DNA of 64,000 nucleotides. Origin: Octopus vulgaris. Its lineage: Eukaryota. The translations under genes and the position numbers were made by a program. Under the pieces are notes generated by a model. That model ran no database searches. It saw nothing but the letters and a program-made list of their open reading frames with translations, and was not told where the DNA came from. Shown piece by piece: positions 54,481 through 64,000 of this stretch (positions are counted from its first letter, which is position 1; every line of letters begins with the position of its first letter). The stretch covers positions 99,076,001-99,140,000 of the forward strand of contig OX597816.1 of the NCBI GenBank assembly GCA_951406725.2, given 5' to 3'.

Positions 54481-56966
54481 AATGATGATGATGATGATGA
54501 CGATGTCGATAATGATGATGACGATGATGATAATGATGATGACGATGATGATAATAACAATATTAATAAAATCGCGTTTGTTGCATAGTATAATTGATTA
54601 AAATATTAGTTAATGCATTCTTTAAAATCTGGCTCAATAAAAGAATTTGTACATGGTAGAGTGTATACTCTACCTGGCAATCTACAAGTGTCCCAGTTTA
54701 TTGAAAAGAGCATCAAAATAAATTACACTTAAGGAAGGTGTAGTGCCCGTTACATATGTGAGTGTATAGGAGAGTATTAGTTGGAAGGGTGCAGATTTTC
54801 TACAATCGTCGTATTTGGTATGAATGCTTACAGCAAACTGAACATCGTTAAATATAAACAATATTCAGGTGCTGATTTCTTGACTAGGCAATGGATTAAG
54901 TCTACCCATTACTTCAATATTTAGACCTATTTTCTTTCTTTTAACTATTTGAATTCATTCTATAAAGAAGGAACTGGATTACAAAAAGATGTCTTTTTAT
55001 ATATAGGAATGAAAATACAGTTGCCGTGTTACGAAAAACTTTAGGTAATCAATAACTGTCGATTTTAACCACAGAAACACGAAACATTAACAGAATTATA
55101 ACAATTTCAATGTTAGAAGGCATAAAATATAAAATATTTATAACAGCCATTATCTTGTAAAAGCTTTAAGTGAAACTTATTAGTGAAATTATATATGCGT
55201 GCACATGTAGGTGTGTATGCACCTGTGGTCTGTGTGTGTATAAACATTCCAGTTTTATTTTCCATAGTTACATGATTAGTGAAGGATTATATTAGATAGA
55301 CATTAAATTCCTTTAATCTAAACGGGTTTCTTACTTGTCTGCTATATACAAGATAAAACATATAATCTCAATGAAATAATATATCTTAATTGTGTATCCT
55401 GTTAAAAATTTCTGTCATTTGGAATTGATGAAGAAATCAAAATATCTTTGCAGTTAAAATATACTTCCTTTGTCTTCAGAAATCGTTACAAACTTCACCT
55501 AAAAGATTCTTTAATTTATTGTAAAGAGTGACAAATATGTTGAAAGGTTAGTGAAACAGAAGTGATAATTTTCTTGATGGCATTCATACAAAGAAGTGAT
55601 CTGTGAATATGTAAGATCTAATGGTCGGTAAACTGGCATATGTATAAGAAAGCAAGATCTACTATAGAAAATAATGGCTAAATTGGTCAAATAAAATGCA
55701 TTGACGTGTAAACAAATGTCAATTTGATCTAATTAATTTCTTGAAGCATGGGTTTTCATCATGCTGATTACACGACGACTCCGCTTGTTACAGAGAAGAT
55801 ATGCGACCATGTTATCCACTCTAGACGTTTAGCAAAATGAGTGAAGGCTTCTTTCAATTTAAATAGAATGTCTTTTCATGAGAGACTGCAAAAGAAGAAG
55901 GTTTCTATAACTATTTTCTATAACTATTGTCATGTTAATCTAAAGACACGAGAGTACTGATCAATAACATCTCATTTAATTCTGGGACGCTTAAATTAGG
56001 TTAAATATATCAGCTGTGTAATCCTCTCAGACGGTGTGTATTCCGTCTCTTTATACGTTCCACATTTTTATCATCTTTGGTCGTACAAAAAGGAAATATA
56101 TGTTCCGATAAAGGGGGAACTATTTTCTCTAATTAGAAAACCTCAAATGTAATGTTTTCCATTAAAATTGTTTCGTTATTTGACAGTTTTGAAATTTATT
56201 GCTGAAGAGAATTGCCCTCATTGTCTCCTGAACCAAATACGCTGTTGCTGTGCATGCATTTACGTAACGAGTTTATCCAGCTATTTCCCTACTGTTTAGT
56301 TCAATTCTATATATTTTCAAAGCCTGGTCAAAGCCTCCAACTATCTGAAAGTGATAACAACATTTCTCTTCTAGAATCTATTCTTATACTTCTAAGAAAA
56401 ACAAACTCTTTTTCTGATACTGTATAATACCACTTATTTACCAGAAAGTATCCCCATAGAAGTCTTTTAGTCTCATCGTCCTAAACGCTTACCATTCTAC
56501 TTATTACCAAATATAAAACAAAAGTACGCCTTCATTTAATGCAGTTTATATGTTAACATTCAACATATTGATTTACAACATAAATAGCTTACTCTATTCA
56601 CGTAAAACAACAACAACAACAACAACGCAATACTGTTTGTTATTTAGAAACCAACAATTCCATAAACAAATATAATTTTACCCTATACCAGAAAGTACAC
56701 GATTTGCATATTTAGGTGTCTAGTTTGTTATAAATACTTGATTTCTTTTACGGCGTGAGTCCGAGTAAATGTATATAAATTCTATGTATTGATCTTTTGA
56801 ACTTAAATTCAACTACGAATTTATCCACGAAATATTGTAAGTTTTATTGTTACCAGAAAAGTTCTACCCCAGTCTGCAAAATGTGAATTCTGGTTCTCAA
56901 TCAAATACAGCTATAATACATTTCTAGAAGCTTAGAACTCAATGCTTCACAACGAAGTCGGATATA

Positions 56967-58189
56967 CTGGGTCATCCCATAAAAGTCGGAGTGAGACGCG
57001 ATAAACTACCTGCATTAACTTGCTATAAAAGCATGTAGTAATTTTATATTCTACTTATTCTTAGTGCAAGTTTAAAAGAGTGCAGTTTGCATTTAAGTTC
57101 TTTTTCAAAGCTATAATAGAAGTGACAAAGGAGCATATTCGGCATATTTTGCTTTATGAATTCAATAAAGGTAACAACGCAACGGAAAGTGCGAGGAATA
57201 TTAATGCAATATATGGGGATCGGAACATAAGCGTAAGCCAGTGTCAACGGTGGTTCCCGAAATTCCGAGCCGGAAATTACAGCCTAGAAGAGGAGCCTCG
57301 TTCTGAAAGATCTGTAGATCTCAACGAGGACGTCTTGCAAACCCTGGTGGAAAAAAATCCCATAGTAACTGTCGAGGAACTAGCAAAGAAGGTTGAATTT
57401 GGTAATTCAACCAGTCATCGACACTTGCATACCATCGGAAAAGCCAGAAAATTGGTTCAATGGGTTCCTCACAAACTTTCCGAGCATAATCGCGCGCAGA
57501 GAATGAATATGTGCTCTTCTTTGCTGTCATGTCACACGAATGAACCTTTTTTGGAATGAATAGAGACTAGTGACGAGAAATGGGTTCTTTATAAAAATGA
57601 CAAGCGCCGAAGGCAGTGGGTAGGGAAAGGAGAAACACCGGCAACCCAGGCTAATGAATGTCTTCATGCATGTAAGATGTTGTTTTCTCTTTCATGGGAT
57701 ATGAAAGGTTTAGTCCACTATCAGCTTTTAAGCCCAAACCAAACGAGAACAAAGGAAATCTACTTAACTCAGTGTTAGAAGAAGAGACAACCATATTTAG
57801 TTTCAAAACGAAAGGTATTCTTCTATCAGGATAATGCTCGACCACATACAACGACGATGACATTCGAAAGGCTGGACAGCTTCAATGGGAAATGATACTC
57901 CACCCACCATATTCGCCAGACATTTCTAATCTGATTGTCATTTACTCCACAGTCTTTAAAATCATTTGGATACAAAAATATGAATTCTGTAGACGAGGAA
58001 CATTATTTTTCGACGCGGACAAGTGAATTTTGGAAAAGGGGCCTTGCAAGTCTACCAGATAGATGGAAGAGCATAGTAGGTAATGAAGGAGAGTATATTT
58101 TAGATGAAAAAGAACTTTGTTTATTTTAATTTTAAAAAGAATTGAAGAAGTATAACAAAAAAAACTACATTATTTATGAGATGACCCAA
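56967..58189 (+). mobile_element. Mariner transposon, near full length, TA-flanked, inactive
   Basis: TIRs tgggtcatcccataaa / tttatgagatgaccca with TA on both sides; about 1.2 kb. Confidence 0.92.
57116..58105 (+). pseudogene. Mariner transposase pseudogene
   Basis: HIRHILLYEF, QRWF..FR.G, WVPHKL, TSDEKWV, QDNARPH, HPPYSPD; stop at 57557 and frameshifts. Confidence 0.9.
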
Positions 58190-59049
58190 TATTAGCAGTA
58201 TTTACCGCCTGCTTTTTCTTAACCCCATACCGTTTGCTATCAATATGATAACACTTGTTCCTCAACACACTTCCTATTGTATAATTTGTGTTATTCATCC
58301 CTTCATCTTATTCATCACCTCATAGCGCAAGTCTTATAGTGTATCAATTTTCAGAATTTGCAAGGAACATATTTTCCACTCCTACAGAAAAAGTATTGAA
58401 ATTCTAAAGAACTTATTCTCTGATTAATTCAGACTGGTGAATATCAAATTTTATACGCGTTAAAATAATTTCAACTGTTTCTGCAGCCTGAGGCGGGTTG
58501 CAAATATCATGGTCACTGCCCCTCCACTGTGGTTTATCTCATAAGTAATGGAATCTAAATAAAACATATGATAAATATGAGTAACATTTTAACAGTTAAA
58601 TTTATTTTTAAGAATATTGAAGATATGAAACAAGAAATCTGGCATCAAATGGCTACAATTCTATTCTAGAATCTTAGTTAAAATATATAAATTTTTGCTT
58701 TATTTTAGATACCTCATTTCGTTTAGTTAAATTTTAGTCACATGTACTAAATCAAATATATAAAGTCAAGACAAAAAATTATGTAAATATTTTGTCTATA
58801 TATTTCAGTTATATGGTAACATCTCATTTAATAGATTTCAGGGAGAAATTCTATAATGTTATCTAAATGTCAGAAGTGTTTGTTTTCGATAAGAGATTTA
58901 ATGTGTATATATATATATATATACACACAAGTGTGTGTGTGTTTGTGCATGTGTGTGTGTTTGTGTATGTATGTGTGTGCGTCTGCACGTAGGTGTGAAT
59001 ATATGTTTGCATATCCATAAGTATATAGCGCGCTTTCTCCCTCGCTATA

Positions 59050-59085
<36 letters not shown>

Positions 59086-59913
59086 CATAAACATCCATGC
59101 ATGCATACGTACAAAGATAGATACAAACATGTATATCTATATATATAAATAGTGCAACGACAATGTTTTTGCAGATTAAATTTGTAAACTTACTTACAAC
59201 CTTATATTTAATAAATATATTTAATAACACTGTGAAAATAGTTTCCGTGTCAAAACTATATGTCCTTAAACAACCCAAGATAGAAGATCGCGTCGACCAC
59301 TTTCGGTTTTCAGTAAACTCTCGTCGATAATCACTTTTATTATAGCTGATTACTCGTAGAAAGAAATGGCTGTGCGGAATGGGTAAACGATTCCTCAACC
59401 CATATTATCTGAAACTAAATTTGTAAAAAGTTACTCGCCTATGTGACGTAAACCCATTATTAATTTCACTATGAAAATATATATATTAAATCCACTATTA
59501 GCAAATCTTGAAGAGATGGCCTTTGGTTTAACTAAGAAATATTGTTTCGCAGAAAGGTTAAATGAAAGGTTATTAGTATATGTTGGGGATCTATTTGCAA
59601 ATTTAATAACAAATTCATAAAGCTGGTGAACCGTTATATTAAAATATCCGACCTAACTTGCTCTTATATGTAAATACGATCAGAGATGGTCATAAAAAGT
59701 AAGCAAACCCAAACAAGAGTTTTATGAAAGGTGGGGTATGTCAAACCAAGTCATTATCCTGGCTGCTGAGAGATTCGTGTTTTAACATCAGAAGTATAAT
59801 CTGGAAACGAGATGAAGTAGATTCTTGCGAAATATATTGATGTAAATTTGTTATAGATCAACACATAAACAGTTATATAAAAATTAACATACACACACGC
59901 ATATATATTATGC

Positions 59914-59971
<58 letters not shown>

Positions 59972-59997
59972 TATTTATGGATATGTGTATGTAAATG

Positions 59998-60053
<56 letters not shown>

Positions 60054-60779
60054 ACTATATTATTATCTAAATCTGTATATGTGTGTATGTGTACGCATGA
60101 AAATGTTTCATTAAATTTACGAATGTATTTTAGTTTTATCTCTTTTATTGTATTTCAGATTATGCATATTTTATTGGTTTTTATGTAAATAGTCTGGAAC
60201 AATAACATTCCTAAATTCATATACGATATTTCTAGAGCTTCGCAGTCTCTATAAATTGAATCTAATTGGTTTCAGTAATATTTCTTATATACTGGCTGGA
60301 TTCATGTCGACATTCCCGCCAAAGCTTTCTTTGAACGCTAACCTCATATATCAGCAGTCACGTGTTGATTTGTTTGTGGAGGGCAAATTTTGAACGTTTG
60401 ATTTTTTTTGTCCGTAGTTGAATGTTAATTATTTTAATGCGTTTGTCATTTGATAGACATGTTCTCTTTTTGACAAATGATTCTAATTATAAAAAGTCAC
60501 AAGAAAGTGTGAAAAATCCAAGATAGTTGAACACAGTCGCGCATTTAAGGTAACACGTATAAATGAATATGTGTGTGTATGTGTTTGTGTGTGTCTACGA
60601 AAATAAAATGACAAGGGAATAAACGATTATCACATGAACTTCATTAGCTTACAGCTGTTTCTGCTGTAAGATGCAGTGGATTCATAGTAAAGTACTTGAG
60701 TAACACCTTATGTCTGGTTCTCAGTAAAATATCTGGTTAACAGTTTGATCAGGAGCATCAACTTCTGTATGGACAATTC

Positions 60780-61140
60780 CTTTCGCATCGAGGAAATAAG
60801 TCAGTATCGTCTCGACATTGGACTTCACTTGACGCACTTTTTCGCATGTGGTGATATTGAATGCTTCCATTGACTTGATGGCTGCTTCGTTTCCGAGTCA
60901 TGGCCGTAGCATTGGCTTTAATCACCAGTGATAACCTTCGAAAACAAGTCCAGATCAACTTCCAATTCTTTTTTCAGTTCACGCCACGTATTCAGCCGTG
61001 ACTACATTTGATCCTCCGTAAGCAAGCGAGACACAGGTTTTGCTGCAGCTCATTTCATTCGCAATTCCACGCTCAAAATTCGTCGGCAGGAGAGCCGTGA
61101 TAAACCAGTCATCGTTAATTGTTCGGCAAAGGTCCTCTAA
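60780..61140 (-). mobile_element. Mariner transposase fragment (different subfamily)
   Basis: Minus strand: KVITGD*SQCYGHDSETKQPSSQWKHSISPHAKK. Confidence 0.8.
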
Positions 61141-61154
61141 GACAAGCAATTATT

Positions 61155-61322
61155 ATGCTTAGCGGTATTTCGTCTGTCTTTACGTTCTGAATTCAAATTC
61201 CGCCGAGGTCGACTTTGCCTTTCGAAGTCGATAAATTAAGTACCAGTTATGTACTGAGGTCGATCTAATGGACTGGCCCTCACCCCCAAAAGTTTTTGGA
61301 CTTGTGCCTAGAGTAGAAAACT
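61155..61322 (+). mobile_element. Monomeric fragment of the Meta-domain-like SINE
   Basis: gcttagcggtatttcgtc...aattcaaattccgccgaggtcgactttgcc...gtcgataaattaagtacc, with an (ATT)n tail. Confidence 0.75.
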
Positions 61323-61349
61323 ATTATTATTATTATTATTGATATTGTT

Positions 61350-62185
61350 ATTATTATTAATATGATATAGAAAGGATTTAGGTAACTCCTCCTGAAGATA
61401 TAGTCAAAATTAAAATAAGAGTGCCATTGTTATCAAGTGAACAATATTTCGACATCTTGTGTGTCTTCAACTGGTTCAAAAATTAAATTGAGGAGCGATG
61501 TCTTTTCTTTTGTTTTTTCCTCTGCTCTCAATACTCCATCGTTCTTAATTGTCAGTAGCAAGGGTTTCTTACTGTAGGTTAGGTACTTCATTAATCTCTC
61601 AAGTTCAATACACATGCAGTCTTCTGCACTTATGAGTCCCCGTCCTCCATTTGCTCTCTTCGTGTAGACGCGATCATTGTCTGCACGTGGATGATGGGCT
61701 CCATATCAAACTACTACAACTGCCGCAAGTACTCTCTGGCTTTTCCTCCATCTACCTCAAGTATTCCCAGGTATTTATAGATGGATTGAAGCTGAATTGC
61801 CTTCATCATTTCACCACTTGGCAACAATATGCCTTCTATCCCAACAAGCTTTGCTCGTATCAACACCATCGTAGCCCACTTTGAGAGTTCAAACTCCAGA
61901 AACTGAACTAGGCTGTCCAGTTGTACCTCAGTTTTTGTGAATAGCTTCATGAATAGCAAGTGGTTCAGTTTTCCCTTACCACTTCCCAGATCATACCCTA
62001 ATTTTCTTTGCTGTAGTATTTTTCACTGAAGGGGATAATTCCCAGCACGAATATCAGTGAGGACACACTGTCCCACTGGAAGATTCCTCTCTTTAGTTTC
62101 ACCTCTCCTAGTACTTGCTTCCCTGCTGCCACCTCCGTTCTCCAGCATTTCATGCTATTCCATATAAGGCTTCTCATATTTTCAT
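61350..62185 (-). mobile_element. R4/Dong-type RT fragment
   Basis: RGIFQWDSVSSLIF, LNHLLFM, YKYLGILE and RVYTKR..GGRGL motifs. Confidence 0.8.
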
Positions 62186-62234
62186 GTTCCTCTTTCCTTC
62201 CTCAATCGACAAACGCGTATATGTGTGCGTTTGT

Positions 62235-62363
62235 GTGCGCGTTCCGGAGCCTCGTGGAATTCGAGGTATTTTTGCTCAGTAAACACAACGCTCTGTCTGG
62301 GAATCGAAACCGCGATCCTACGACCGCGAGTCCGCTGCCCTAACCACTGGGCCTTTGCGCCTC

Positions 62364-62364
<1 letters not shown>
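62235..62364 (-). mobile_element. tRNA-Arg-like SINE head (family of 15086/17099)
   Basis: Reverse complement reads ggaggcgcaaaggcccagtggttagggcagcggactcgcggtcgtaggatcgcggtttcgattccc. Confidence 0.85.
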
Positions 62365-62419
<55 letters not shown>

Positions 62420-62432
62420 CACACACACTCAC

Positions 62433-62477
<45 letters not shown>

Positions 62478-62522
62478 CACACACACTCACAGATATATAT
62501 ATACACAGACACACACACTCAC

Positions 62523-62571
<49 letters not shown>

Positions 62572-62585
62572 CACACACACTCACA

Positions 62586-62636
<51 letters not shown>

Positions 62637-62682
62637 CACAGACACACACACTCACAGACATATATATATATATATATATATA
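62365..62682. repeat. Minisatellite: cacagacacacacactcacaga + (TA)n, 5 units
   Basis: Directly visible. Confidence 0.95.
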
Positions 62683-63509
62683 AAGAGAGAAGTGGAGAGG
62701 AGAAGGGAAAGAGAAGGGAGACTAAGAAGTCAGGGAGACCGAGAAAAGACACCGTCTTTGGTTAGAATTCTCAGCTGCATTATATCCAAAGTCACAACAC
62801 ATTCTCTTGCCTATATGTCTAAATATTCAGCGTTTCCGTGTTAGTTTACACCTTCTTTCTCTGTTTCTTGATGACTCGCACGATAAATATAATCAGTTGC
62901 TGCAGTTTTTGGCTTCAAAGTTGAGAAACTTGTAAATAATTAACGTTATCCTCCTAGGAAGTTAAATGAAGTTAATTACTTGAATTTCTCTCTTCTGACT
63001 TTCATCTAATTAATAATTAATTAAGTATCTAATTAGTTATTATATTATCTAAGTAGAATTCTAACGTTAGTTGTTTCTAGAGTGATCTAGTAATTAATTT
63101 GTGTTATCTAACTAGTATGAAGGGCTATATAGCTACTGCCACAATCTTTCGGGGTTTTTTTCCGTTTGTAAGAATTATGAATCAACGGAAGGTAAACAAA
63201 AACATAAGACATTGAATAAAAATCGCAATGTCATTAGCCTCGTAGATGAACTGACAAACATGCAATGAGAATTGGAAGTAGGTCGGAAGTAGATCCTGGA
63301 AGCTTACAGTAGAGATATTTTGCAATGCTGCTGTTTCTATGACTAAGATTGCTGCTCCTGCTGTTGCTGATGATGTCAACGATGATGCTGATGCAGTTGT
63401 TGTTATTGATATTACTCTAGTAGTAGTAGCAGTAGTAGTAGTAGCAGCAGCAGCTTCAAGCAGCAAAGGAAGAAGACGACGAAGAAGAAAACTGATGAGC
63501 GCAAAGCTC

Positions 63510-64000
63510 ATAAGGGACCAAATATAACATTATGTTAAACTGGATAAGCCATGGCAAAGACGGAGTAAACATGTTTAATTAATAATTTATATACCTTGGA
63601 CAGTATGTAAACTACCAAACCATGGGCGACGTCTTCTTGTACACTTCCTAGTATTCTACTATAAATAAATAAAAATGTTTTAATATTCCGATTTAATCTG
63701 CTTGCTCAGTTGGATCGGAAGCAGAAATGTATTCGACATTATTTTTTGTTGAAGAGTTTTGAAAAGAATGTCGCCCATAAACATTGAACTCCAGCGATGT
63801 TTACCACATGACACATCTGTTCCAATATTCGCTGTTATCACTACTCAGCTGAATAGCTGAGCTTACTTTAGTTCTAGTCTGCAAATGTATTTTATTTTCT
63901 GTAGATCAAGGAATTTTGCGAATACAGGTAGTTTATCGAGACCCGCTCCGACTTTTAGTTCATGCAAATGAAAAATACCGCATTATTTATGGGTTGACCA
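63510..64000 (-). mobile_element. 5' end of a degraded mariner related to 56967-58189
   Basis: Minus strand begins tggtcaacccataaataatgcgg...taaaagtcggagcgggtctcgataaactacctg; a WVP.EL-like remnant lies near 63515. Confidence 0.7.

Noticed and set aside
54600-56900. Possible host exons in repeat-poor sequence (also 45700-49400)
   Set aside because: No convincing ORF with splice sites. Small exons cannot be excluded without RNA-seq.
62365-62682. CRISPR-like repeat-spacer pattern
   Set aside because: Spacers are only (TA)n, the context is eukaryotic and there are no cas genes.

Overview
This is AT-rich eukaryotic DNA made almost entirely of repeats, with no host protein-coding exon that I can support. 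The very long (TA)n/(CA)n tracts and the SINE families suggest an octopod cephalopod genome (inference). Contents: several APE+RT LINE copies (one near full length with a frameshift, one with a candidate ORF1 carrying a trihelix/SANT-like domain plus a CCCH finger), R4/Dong-type RLE retroelement fragments in (TAA)n tracts, Penelope-like (PLE) RT and GIY-YIG remnants, three tRNA-derived SINE families, mariner relics, a MITE, a Helitron-like element, a ~2 kb tandem duplication and a 100-N gap. The most notable signal is non-coding: six well-formed type I hammerhead ribozyme motifs plus several degenerate ones, from several unrelated sequence families. Most sit in PLE pseudo-LTRs, fold-back hairpins or short ORF-less elements embedded in (TA)n. 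A SINE and a LINE here also share a 3' stem-loop with compensatory substitutions. All RNA folds were assigned by eye and none were tested.
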